A DNA stretch of 64,000 nt from Azolla caroliniana. Its lineage: Eukaryota; Plantae; Polypodiophyta. This document shows, one piece after another, positions 25,713 to 38,200 of this stretch. The position numbers and the translations under genes were made by a program. Every line of letters starts with the position of its first letter. Within the stretch, counting starts at the first letter, position 1. Location of the stretch: assembly GCA_043228905.1 (NCBI GenBank), contig JBHGNT010000003.1:1302001-1366000 (forward strand), given 5' to 3'. The notes beneath the pieces were generated by a model, which made no database searches, was not told the origin of the DNA, and saw only the letters and a program-made list of their open reading frames with translations.

Positions 25713-27690
25713 ATGGCCGGATCCTCATGGACAGAAATGTTCAAAACCCGACCTGCACGCCTGGAAGAGTCCACGCAAACCGACCAAACCCACGATGTTG
25801 GCCCACCTAACTCGACTCAGTACCACGGAGGGTGGCTAACTTCGGGGATACTACCAAACATGAACCTCCCATCGAGCCCAGGAACTAAAGCCCTTCTCAA
25901 CACACCCCCACTACAGGAGAGCCCAATGGCAGACCCACTCAGTGTAGAACGACATATACGAGACACAGCGCAAGAGTTACGGGTGATAGAACACGAAATC
26001 AATCTATGGACGGTACAACTTGCGAAAGGAGGACAACCGGAAAGCACCACTCGAGATATCGAAGCCGCTTTGGCAGAAAGGAAGGATAGATTCGCACGAG
26101 TGCAACAAAAACTTCACCGCCTAGAAACATCGTCGCACATACACCGCCGAAGTCAGGAGCACAGCCCCGTACCACGTTCGAGCACAACGGGCGATAGCCC
26201 GAACGAAACCCGCGCACAACGACACCCGACACCACCATGCATGGGCACAATCCATACACCTGACCAAGCTACCCCTACACCTCCAAACGCCGAACTCGCA
26301 CTAGCGCTACAATCCATACAAACTCTCGCAGCATTGATGGAAAAAGAGCGAGCACCCATAGACCATCCGAGAAATCTCACAAATGACAGTGGGAAGAGTG
26401 CTTCCATTTCTAAACTAGTACCTCGTTTCCTCGGTTTCGGCGATGCCTATGACCATGTCGAGAGGTTCAAACAGATTTGTCGCGCTTATGAACCCCTCAC
26501 AGAGATCACCAAGGTAGTCGCGTTTGGACTCACACTTGATGACCAAGCCGGAATCTGGTTTCGAACCTTGAATGAAGACATCGCCGCCGATTTCGAGTAT
26601 GTCATTGAGGATTTCTTGATAAACTTCGCTCGTAGAGGGAATAAATGAAACCCGATTGACCAACTTTTCACCCTCAAACAAGAAGCGAACGAAACGGTCA
26701 GGGACTACATACGTCGCACGAAAAGCCTGCATCATCGTTGTAGTCCGAATGACAAGATGTCGGATGACAAGTTGATGAGCCATTTCATTAATGGGTTGTT
26801 TGATACGACACTCCAAAATTTCCTGATTGCCAGGATGTGTCGATTGTTTGCTGAAGCCTGCACAGTAGTGATGACCTTTGAAGATTCGATGAGTGGATTA
26901 CACATACCCACTCACGCACCCACGAAAAACCGCAAGAAATCCTCCGACCTCACCCCTGCTCTACCCACACCATCGTGAACACCCCGTATAGAAAGACCCC
27001 AAGCATACGCCCAACGAGAAAATGTAAGGTGTATGGTATGTCATGGACACCATATGGGACATGAGTGTCCCCTCCTTCGTCAACGACGGCCGCAATACTG
27101 TAAGTGGGGCAAAGCTTTCGTAATGCATACGGAAGAGAACTGCTGGCAAGCCCCCACTGGAAGGTACGGCCAAACGCCAATGGTGGAACACCCACGCTCT
27201 CCCCCACCACTACCAGCGATACTCCCTCAACAACCCCCACTACCGCGCATCGGCGCCCGCCTCGCTGAACTGGAGTATACCACAGATAACCAAACCCAGG
27301 TCGGAGCGAGCACCCCCGAATATGAAGACCCGTACAGGGAGTATGGCATTGAAGAAGAGGTGTTGTCCCATTTCGTGGATTTTGAAGGCGACCAAATACT
27401 AGTGTACGTCCTGAGAGGGGAACAATGTGGACCCCCTATGGGATACCGCAACAACAATGGTCCAAGGAGGTCAGAATTGAAATGCTTCAACTGCCAAGGC
27501 CCGCATATGGTTAGCGAGTGCCCAACCAAACATGAGTACTACAACCGGATGGCCCAACGACCACGACACCTCCCACTCGACACGCCTCCGCAACCACTGG
27601 CGCAAGGGCCCACCAATAGTCGCAAGACCTCATCGAATGGTTCCAAAGAGAAGCATCATGCCCGGGGTGCGGTAAAGAACACCTAGTACC
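25713..27690 (+). pseudogene. Gypsy gag (disrupted)
   Basis: Coiled coil, retrotransposon-gag core (FLGFGDAYDHVERF...AGIWF) and zinc knuckle; stop at 26646 plus frameshifts. Confidence 0.8.
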
Positions 27691-28210
27691 TGATTGCTCG
27701 GAAAAGAAGAAAAGGGTCGGCACAAATCTGTTGTCCATTGTACCATCCACGATCGGTGCCAATGTCATCACATGAGCCCAACGAGTAGCGCACAATTTAA
27801 AATACCAAGATCAAGGTCTCCCCATGAACGCGCGTAAGAGACGCAAATCTAGAAAGAATAATTCCACGTAGACCTCAAAACAAGATCAAGAACCAGAGGG
27901 AGACACAGAAACATTACCCGTCAATCCGAATCAAGAACTACCGGCGCACCTAGCGGCATACCCAAACCCAGTAGCTGAGAAACAAAAAGTAGAAGAATAC
28001 ATCAAACTCATACACCACGAACAGTTTGAAAAATCACTTAGCCTCCCCAGCTTAAACTTCGAGCAACTAGAAGAATGGGTAAACCCCTCACCTCCCCCCG
28101 TCGTCACACCAACCGACACCCCCGTTTGCCATCTTACCTCGATCAAAGAGGTCAACACAACTCTACTCCAACAAATCTTAAATTTAAGATTGTGACTCAA
28201 ATTACGCGAA

Positions 28211-31200
28211 GTGCTGAGCTACATTGGCACCTTCACCACCGACAACCCCCTGCTACGACCTCTACTCGCCAAAGAAATAGAGTTCACGCTCGAAGAACTA
28301 CTCAAACTCGACGTTCAACTGTGGCACGACGTCCTCCAACGCCTCAATGGTGGCCTATCGGCGGGATATGGTGAAGGGATACACACCCACACTCCTCACA
28401 CGTCCACAGTCCTCAAACAACTCGAAGGACCGCCAGTCGATGTCCACGAAGCCCACTTCGAGAGCGACGACACTAGTTTCACTCTACCAGTCTGTGTCAA
28501 TGGTAAGACGTGTGACGCCATCATTGACACCGGAGCAGGGGTAAGTATCGTCAGTTACGAATGTTGGCGTAAGTGGGGGAGCCCAAAAATGATGCCTTCT
28601 GATGTCAAACTACGAATAGCATACGGGTCCATCCAAAGACCGGAAGGCATGATTCCTGCGCATCACTTCACTATCCACGGAGTGGAGTTCAATCTCACCT
28701 TCGTCGTCACAAGATCGTCCAACCATGTAGCCTACGAGTGCTTACTAGGAAGACCATTCCTTCGTACAAGCCGCCTGGTCATGGATTTTGGGAACGATAT
28801 AATCTATATGCGAAAGGACAACAAAACCTCTCGCATCAAATCGTACACACAAAAAGTGCATGAACAAGAAGGCAACCCTCTCGTAGACAATTGGTCAGAA
28901 ACCACTGAGTTCGAGACCAACCTCCTAGCGTGCAACCCCACGAAGACAGTTCAACTCTTGACCAGAGGCCAACACTTTCCTCAAAGCCCCACCACTTCCA
29001 AAGAGGAGAACGCACGTGAGAGAGACGACCAATCCGTCACCTCCGAGATGTCAGAAATGAATTCGGTGCACACTCTCGCCACAACCGACGCAATGTACCC
29101 TATAGGTACAAAGTGTTGTGACGAGAGCGGAGAGACAATCTCGTGCTTCAACGTCACCACCCTAGGTCCTCGGCGAAAAGACGTAGACGTAGAGGACGAA
29201 GAACTGGTACAACGAGTCACACGTCCAGGTGACGTCACGACCACTCAAGAGGCTGTGACGGAAGCGGACTTCCCAGAGCATTTCAAACTCTATGAACAAG
29301 GGAGTAGGGCAGTGGCTTGTAAGAGACCGCAGCGCAACCCCCAAGGCCTAGGAGAAGTCTATGATGGACCAGCAAGGGTGAAAGAAATCAACCTTGGGAA
29401 AGGGGCAGACTCCAAACCAGTGTTCATAACTACAGATCTCCAACCTGACGAGGAGGCGTCCTTGATCAACACAAGACAGCTTTCGCCACGGAATTTGGTA
29501 CGTTCGCGTATAAACAGATGCCTTTTGGACTCACGAGCACCTTGAGCACCTACCAAAGAGCGGCGAACCATATCTTTGCCGCAAGGTTATGACAAGGGGT
29601 GGAGTCTTATGTTGACGACTTATGTTGCAATTCGAAATGGCATGACCACTTGGGGCTACTCCGTTTGACGTTCGAAAAATGCAGAACCTATCAACTCTCT
29701 CTCAACCCGCTCAAGTGTCAGTTCTGGGTCAAGCACGGAATAATATTAGGACACGTCGTGTCCCGCCACGGGATCTCGACTGATGAGGCAAAAGTAAAAC
29801 TTATCCTCGACATGCCACCCCCCACGAACGAGAAACAACTACAAGGGTTCATGGGATACGCGGGTTACTATAGACACTTCATTAAGATGTTCGCGGACAA
29901 GGCTAGACCACTCTACTCCCTATTAAACCAGTTCGTGTGGACAGAAGAATGCACACACTCCTTCAAGCTCTTGAAAGAGTGCCTAACTAAGGCCCCCATC
30001 CTCCGGCCTCCCGACTAGACCAAAGAATTCCACGTGCACACCGACGCTTCCGCCTTCGCGATTGGTGCAGTGCTAGCCCAACCCGGTGAGGGGGCACTCG
30101 ACCTACCGGTCACCTTCGCTAGTCGCTAGCTAAATGCCACGGAACAAAATTACTCCACGACGGAACGGGAGGCTTTGGCCATGGTCTATAGCGTAAAGAA
30201 ATTCCGCCACTACCTATTGGCGTCCCGGTTCTCGTTTTTTGTAGACCATCAGGCCCTACTCTACTTAGTAAACAAAACTCACGCCATTGGTCGCATGTCA
30301 CGATGGATCGTAACGTTATTTGAATTCGACTTCAAGGTAGTAGTGAGAAAAGGGAAAGACCATGTACTCGCCGATCATTTCTCCCGGATTCCCAATGGAG
30401 AAGAAGCCACTGGGGTTGATGATGAAACACCAGATGCAACATTATTCGCGATCGATACCATACCAGCATGGGCATCAGACATAGTTTGCATCCTAACTGA
30501 AGGAGCATCCTTCCTAAAACAACTACCACAAACACACGCATGTGGCTTGCTAAAGAAATGTGGCCCCTTCACGATGCTCCGAGGCAATCTGTACCGTCGA
30601 GGTAACGACGATCTACTTCGGAGGTGTATAACAGACCATGACGTCGTCACCACCCTCGAACAAGCTCATTGCGGGAGCGGAAGTGGTCATTTCAATCACG
30701 AGACCACTGCGCGCAAGATCCTTCAGTCCGGCCTATGGTGGCCAACACTCTTCAAAGACACATACGCGTATGTACGTCGTTGTGACGAGTGCCAACGTTT
30801 CAAACACCCGCTAAAAGCGGATTTTAATATGTTAAACTCGGTGGTGGCATGGTAACCATTCGAGAAATGGGGTATCGACTTTATTGGCCCAATCAGCCCA
30901 GCTTCCAACCTCAACCAATACATAATAACCGCCACCGACTACGCCACCAAGTGGGTTGAAGCTAAAGCTTGCATTAACGCCGACGCGTGTAGTACTGCCA
31001 AATTCCTATATGAAAATGTCATCATACGGTTTGGATGTCTGCTCGAAATCATTAGTGACCAAGGCTCACATTTCCTGAACGAGGTGATAGCACATTTATT
31101 AGGCGAGTTTATGGTGACACACCGCAAAAGTTCTCCTTATTACCCTCGATGCAACGGACAAGCGGAAAGCACGAATAAGGTGCTATGTGCAGTACTCACA

Positions 31201-31965
31201 AAGATAGTCGCTGCCTCACGATCTGATTGGAGCACCAAACTCCAAGCTGCATTATGGGCTTTCCGTAGTTCCTACAAAGTCGCAACTCGCCACACACCAT
31301 TTAAACTGGTGTACGGGCAAGAAGCAGTATTACCCATCGAGTTCCTTGTCCCTAGCCTCAGAAGTTGAAGTCACGGGGTGAAGGCTCGTATGTGGTTTCG
31401 GAGATTACCAAGACAGGAGCATGTCGCCTACGCACGATCGAAGGTTTTGACATCCCCGGGTTCATTAATGGGAGCAAGCTCAAACGTTACTATGGACCCC
31501 TCACACTCGAGGCTCTACTCACGGCTCGACAACGAGAGTGTTGGGAGACAGGTCCCTCCGGATGGGAAGGGAGAAGAACAGTGCTGACGAACAAACTCGG
31601 CCGAGGCCGAATCGGTATGAACCGGATAGGGAGTACCCGACTGCGGAGAGCCGGATGGTGTAGACCCGGTATGAACCGGATGGGGAGTACCCGACTACGG
31701 AGAGCCGGATGGTGTAGGCCCGGTATGAACCGGATGGGGGGTACCCGACTGCGGAGAGTCGGATGGTGCAGGCCCGGTATGAACCGAAGGAAGAGACATA
31801 TTCGTAAATATGTTTCTGAGAGCCCATCAAGGCTACATTTGTAAATAGCCGAAAAGTCATATTAGTATAAATATGACTTAGGGCAAACTTTTTTGTGTTG
31901 TTGTTTTTGTTTTGTTGTTGTAATTCTTCCTTGTTGGTGCAAGAAGAATAGAGAGCGCGTAACTG

Positions 31966-32008
<43 letters not shown>

Positions 32009-33182
32009 GAGGTCGTTGCCTCTGTTGTAACCGCCGCCTGTGGCGAAGATCTGTGAGCACGAGGTCGTTGCCTCAGTGAACTCACTGTTGTATATTGCTA
32101 CATAGTGACAGTTTGCAGCCTGTGGGCTGCCGTGGTTTTTCCCCTATTTTGGGGTTTTCCACGTAAACCTCCTGTGTACCATTTCTCCCCTTTGTGTCGC
32201 GTTTCATTACCTATTCTTTTGTGTATGAAAAGAATCTCGGTTGTGGCCGAGCGTCGGACATAAGGAACGTCGAATTCCCAACAGAGAGGTAGAGGCCAAA
32301 CTTAAAGCCTCCGAAGGCCAAATGGCCCGGCTCGAAACCAACCTGAGCAATATGCAAGCGAAATTGAAGCGACAAGGACAAGCCCATCCGACAGCCATGG
32401 CTTGGGCGGCCAACTCTAATGATGGAACAATACAACTACAATGTTGTGTCGACGACATGCCTTTGACGGCGGTAATCGACACAAGAGCATCGCTAACCCT
32501 TTTCTCCTTCGAAACATGGAGACGTCTAGGTTGCCCAAACCTCGAAGTGTGCAACGACAACTTCCGTGGCTTCGATGGGTCCACGTCATGTTGCCTGGGA
32601 ACTTTCGGATGTAACATCAAGACAGAATACAACGCGCACTTAATCCAAGTTCGGGTACTCCCACCCGGAGTGATGCACACACAATGCCTCCTCGGTTTAG
32701 ATTGGTGTCGCATAACTGAATGTCTCCTATCACCCAGCAAACACATCGTCTCTTTTCAAACAGGAGGTGGACTGAAGTCTGAGGACCTCCTCGCAACAAC
32801 ACTCGAATCACATCTCGTTGTCCTCGCTGACCCCCAAAGCGTGGAGCTACCCAAACAAGCAACACACCGACACCCACCGGCCGCCCATGGCCAACGCGAC
32901 ACTAACAATAGAACACAGAAACCCAAACGACGAGAATGGGTGAACGTCCACGCAGTTTTCGCTGAAGACCCACGCTACGGAGAATGTGCGGTGTGGCGAG
33001 TCATAAAAATACTCACAACCGCACAAGGTTGGCACAATGGCGCCACTAACTTCTGGGTCCCGAAACGAAGCCGACTACCCAGTCGCAATCATACCACGCC
33101 TGCAGGGGACATCGATGAACCCCAAGGCGCGGAGTCGCTCAACCAAATTGAACGCCAAAACCCACTAGCCACCCAAGACTAG
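28211..33182 (+). pseudogene. Gypsy pol PR-RT-RH-IN plus a C-terminal second aspartic-protease-like domain (disrupted; interrupted by a solo LTR)
   Basis: ORFs at 28211, 29599, 30175, 31084, 31365 and 32241; second protease motifs AVIDTRAS and CLLGLDW. Confidence 0.8.
31539..32283 (+). mobile_element. Solo copia-type LTR (745 bp) with GAGAG TSD and internal 54-bp tandem repeats
   Basis: TGTTGGGA...TCCCAACA flanked by GAGAG on both sides; shares the tccctccggatgg and gtggtttttccc..gggttttccacgt motifs with the LTRs at 10808-11426 and 53460-54014. Confidence 0.93.
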
Positions 33183-33764
33183 CGCAACGTTAACATCAGA
33201 ACACAGACACCCAAACCACGGGAATGGGTGAATGTTCACGTTGTTTTTGCCGACGGAAAACGTTGTTGAGAATCCGCTATTTGGCGAGTCAAAAAGACAC
33301 TCACAACAGCACAAGGTTGGTACAAAGGCGCCACTAGCTTCTGGGTCCCGAAACGAAGCCAACTCCCCAGTCGCGATCATACCACGCCTGCAAGGGACAC
33401 CCAAAAAGCACACACATCAGCCCGGTATCCCGCCCAGGCTAAAGCCACAAGAATCATCAAGCCTAAACAACTGAGAGACCGAACACCCCGTAGGAAGGTT
33501 TCACAAATCCTCCCCACCCCCTTAATAAACATGTCGCAGGTTTGGATCCTTAAAAGTCACGGACCCGGAACCTCACATGATACCCGAGTGACACTCCCTC
33601 CACAGTCGCATCCTCAAGGTTCCTCAAAAGCCCTTAATTTACCTAATCCCCTACCACGTTCCCCGTAGACCCCCCCCCCCGTCACCATCGGTATCCGAAT
33701 CTTCTCCATCGATTCCTCCCGACCTCGCATCCCCGTCAGTTGTCCCTCGTTGCCGTGGTTTATG

Positions 33765-33864
33765 TTCTATTAATTGTATTAGTTTTTATTTTAATTTTAT
33801 TTTAATTTTAATTTTATTATTTTTTAAATTTTATTTATTTTTATTTATTTTATTTTTTATTTAC

Positions 33865-33932
<68 letters not shown>

Positions 33933-34170
33933 TTTTTTATGAACTTTACCATTATTTTATTGATTTACTTTATTTGTAATGACTATTTTTGTCAGTTTGA
34001 TTTGTATTTATTTATTTATTTATTCGTTTCTTTCTTTTTTATTTTTATGATTTTTATTATTTTTTTATTTTTTTCTATACCGATTATTATTATCCTTATT
34101 TTATTTTATTTTTTGTGATGTATTTTTTTATTTTTTTATTTTTTATTTTGTTTTTTGAGTGGTTTTTTTA
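33765..34170. repeat. AT-rich (TTTA)n/(TTA)n low-complexity tract in the gypsy 3' region
   Basis: Directly visible. Confidence 0.9.
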
Positions 34171-35299
34171 TCTTTCTTTTTCCTTTTTGCTTTTTCTTTT
34201 TTTCGTTTTCCTTCTTCTTCTTTTCTCCTTCTTCTTTGCTCTACCTCCCCTCCCTCCTTTTTTAGCTCTCCTCTTTCTGCTTGTCCCCTCCCTTCTCACT
34301 CCATGCTCTGCAACATTCTTCCCCCCCTCCCACCCCCCAATCTCTGTTCGTGGCTTTCTCCCACCCTCAGCATCCCCGCCCCTACTCCACCGGTTGCCTG
34401 CCCCGGTCGTCGCCTCGCCTCCTCCACAGCTTGCTTTCCCACGCCTCGGGTAGGCCCTTTCCCCCCCCCTCCCCCCTCTCTCGTTTTGCCACACCACACT
34501 GCACTCCCCTCCTGTGTCGTACCTGCCCTTCGTTCCTCTACGGGGGCCCTAGCCGCCGCCGCGATGTTGTCCTCCTCCTCCTGTCACCGGCACACTACGA
34601 GCCTCCCAGCCGTGGCGGCCATAGCCGGCACACTACGTCTACACTCCCCCCGTGGCAGCCATAGTCGCTGCCCCGTCGCCGCCGCCCCTCCTCGTGGCAC
34701 TGCCCGTCCACGCTGCCCCACCGTCCTAGCGGTTTTTTCGTTCCCCCCGAGGTGGCCGCGACATTCGCCTCGTCGTTTCACCCTCCCCACGTCATTGGCC
34801 GTTTCCAGCCCACTCCACCTCGTGGTTCAAAGGACCCAACCCCTCGAACAACACCCTACACAGTGTTCGAGGGGTTGGGCCCCTCGAACTACCCGTTGTT
34901 CGAGGAGTCCAACCCCTCGAACCACACCCAGCCCAACCTCTCGAACTACATAGTGTTCGAGGGGCCCAACGCCTCGAACTACCCATTGTTCGAGAAGTCC
35001 ACACCCAGCCCAACTCCTCGAACCACGCGTTGTTCGAGGAGCCCAACTCCTCAAACCACACGTCGTTCGAGGAGTCCAACTCCTAGACCACGTAACCCTT
35101 AGTTGTTACGTTACTATGAAATTAGGACCCCACCCCCCCAAAAAAGAGGGGGGGGGGGGGGGGGGGAATTTATGGAAACTACCCAAACTCGCTGCTTCGT
35201 CACCACATTTAACTGAGTTACTCCGTAGTTAGGACTCCACGTCTCGCTCCCAAAAAAAAAGAAAAAGCGGGGGAATCTATTGAAACTACCCGAGCACTA

Positions 35300-38200
35300 A
35301 TTTTGATGTATCTTCTTGCTACGGTGTCCGTTTCCTTTGTTCTTTAGCTTGTTTCAAAGCCTGCACATAGAGCTTTCTAAAGAGTATCTGCATGTATCAT
35401 TTGGAGGTCTTGGTAGAACGTTACGAGTAAAAATTCCATTCGATTGCATGCATCTCATGATCGCTTGCTTTGATTCCTTCTCCAACACAATTACTTGTAA
35501 GTGAACTCTCTCCTATTTCTTGTCATATGGATGGTAGTGTTTTCATGAATATGGATGAGTCTCCAAATTCTTCAAAGGATGCGTGCATGGTTGAGTCAGT
35601 ATCAAGCCCAAGAGGGGATGGTAAAAGAAAACGATGTATTGGAGATAATAGTAATGACATGTCTTATGTTGATGCAATACGACAAGATGATATTGAGAAA
35701 GATGATAGTCATTGGGAACATTTAAGATGCATGGCAAATATATTAATGGAAGATTGTATAAGGGAGAATGTGAAAGTTGCTAAGGAGTTTGTTGATGATG
35801 AAGTGGCTAAGGTAGAAATAGACAATAAGGAGTTTTTGGGCTCATTTGCTAATTTTTGTGATAAAGGGGTCATATTGTTTTTCACAGGAAAGATACCTTT
35901 CCTTTGGTACGTGGGATTTTACAAGTTGATTGTGTTCAAGATGTTTATGCTAGTCCTCGTGGATTTTATGAGGTTGTTTTAGTATCACAAGAGTATAAAG
36001 AGAAATTACTCAATAAATTGCCAGTTTTTTATGAGAAAAGTTTGGTTCATATTGTTCTGTGGAGACCATTAGTGGAATACCAAGATATATTAAAGCAAGA
36101 GTGTCCCGTATGGGTTGAGGTAGAGTGCACATATTCATTGGTTTGGCCAATATTACGGTCAGCAATGGAAAAGTTGGGAAAGATTTTGGTGCCTCCTAGT
36201 GCTAATGCTCAAAATCGATATCGGATGTGTATTCTTTGGAATACTGCTATAAAGAGGCCAAGTTGTTTACAGATTGCATGTTCTGGTATGCCACCTATGT
36301 ATTTTCGGCTTAAATGGGGTACATTTGCAGGACATTGTTTCCATTGTGGTGTGTTGGGGCATTTTATGGCTGAATGTCCTCAAAAAAGAAATAATGTAGT
36401 AGAAGTGGTACATGAAGAGCCTACAACTCATGATCAGATTCAAGATTTGACAATTTCAGAGCAAACAAAGGAACCACAAATTGTGAATGAGAAGGATGGA
36501 AAGACTCTAAAGGATGAAGGACAATGGTCAATAGTTTCTGGAAAGATGAAGAAGTCTAATAAAAATGTTGGGCATAATGTATCTATGGAGAAGGTCACAC
36601 CGACACACCCCATGCAGAATAAACCATGGGCTCGTCAAGAGGACTATCCAAAGAAATTATCGTTTGATAATAAAGGTAATTTGTATGTTCCTTGGAATAA
36701 ACGGAAATCGGTGCCTCGTTCACATGAGGAGCCATCGGGGTCTAGAGTTTTGCATTCCCATAGTAATTCATATGCAATCTTAGGGGATTTATTTCAGGAT
36801 ATGGCAGAAACATTAGTAGTGAAGGAGAAGGAGATTTCTCGAATAAAAGGAAAAAATAAAGTATGACGATCACCACATGGAATGTGAGGGGATTGTGTTC
36901 TAGATTTAGAATGCATGAGGTTTGGAGGATTGTGTTAAGTGAGCAATGGGATGTTTTATGTGCAGTAGAGCATAAAGATCATCGGAATGCTGGTTTAATT
37001 AGTTATTCTAAGGGTTATACATTATGTTATGCTGGCAAGGTTCATGGGGATTATTCTGGGATTGTCATGTTTATAAGAGATAAATTTCACCCAAAAGTAA
37101 TTGTTTCAGATGAATTTAGAAGATTTATTGTGGTAGAGATATGTTATGAAGGGCAAGCTATTTGGTTAGTTGGTGTGTATGCATCAAATGTTTCACAAGA
37201 ACGAAAGTTGTTATGAAGATCTCTAAACTCAGTGCTTCATAATGGTAGACCGGGTTTATTGATGGGAGATTTTAATGTTTGTTGTGAGACAGATCAATCA
37301 ACATCTATCCACTCTATTATGGATGGACTAGAGGCTCAAGAATGGGGGGATTTTGAGACTGAAGTCATATTAAGGGATGTATGGAAATGGATCAAGGGAG
37401 ATGAACCTGGTTATACCTTTCAATCGGCTCAATATAAGGATACTTGGAGTAGGTTGGATCGAATGTATGTAATGCATACCGAAGGTTTTTTACCAAAGAT
37501 TTTGGATATTTCAGTGTCTTATGGGTCAATTATATCAGATCATTTCCCATTAATTTTTGAGTTCAATCACCACTCAATTAGAGTTTTTCATGAGTTTTTA
37601 GGAAAACCACAGTTGATTTTTAATTCATCATTTTTGGATCATGAGGTCTTCCATGCCTATATGTGTCAATTGATTGATGCATTTGCCTATCGTGTTCAAT
37701 TTGATGGGTATGAAGCGTGGGAATTATTTGTTGCAAATGTTCAGAGGTTAACTAGATATTATGGAATTCACCATGCTTTTAAAAGGAGAAAGAAATTAAG
37801 TCTCCTAGTTAATTTGCTTCATAAATGCAACTCATTATTAACTTATTGGTCAACGGATGTAGAGTTGATGGGATATTAAGAGGTATTAATTTCTGCGATG
37901 CATGACCTAACGGCAAAAAATTATCAACATGCTAGACTACATCGTCTAAGACAAGAAGTGGATGATGCTAATTGTCAATCACATAAGTTTTTCCATGACC
38001 TTCATGAATCACATGCACGACATAATGTGGTAAGTTAGAGGAAAATGGTATCATGTGTTCCGATCCTCAAGAAATTGTGAAGAAATGCATAGAATATTAT
38101 ACACAATTGTTGGATGTACAATTGTGTATCGATGATAATGTTAAAAAGGATAGAGATGTATTTTTTAATGGAGTGAAAAATCATGTATCGCATGATGTGG

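Larger units (their letters stand above)
24318..35300 (+). mobile_element. Non-chromovirus (Athila-like) Ty3/gypsy retrotransposon, 3' LTR missing
   Basis: Putative 5' LTR about 24318-24817; tRNA-Asp-type PBS tggcgctgctgccaggga at 24821. Gag from 25713 with a CFNCQGPHMVSEC knuckle; protease IDTGAG; RT MPFGL and YVDD with an internal deletion near 29470; RNase H HTDAS/DHQAL; integrase HHCC, WGIDFIGP, ISDQGSHF, NGQAE and KLKSR..SY. Confidence 0.9.

Noticed and set aside
34115-35102. Hydrophobic/Pro-rich ORFs as a possible env-like gene
   Set aside because: They arise from T-rich and C-rich low-complexity sequence; no recognisable env features.
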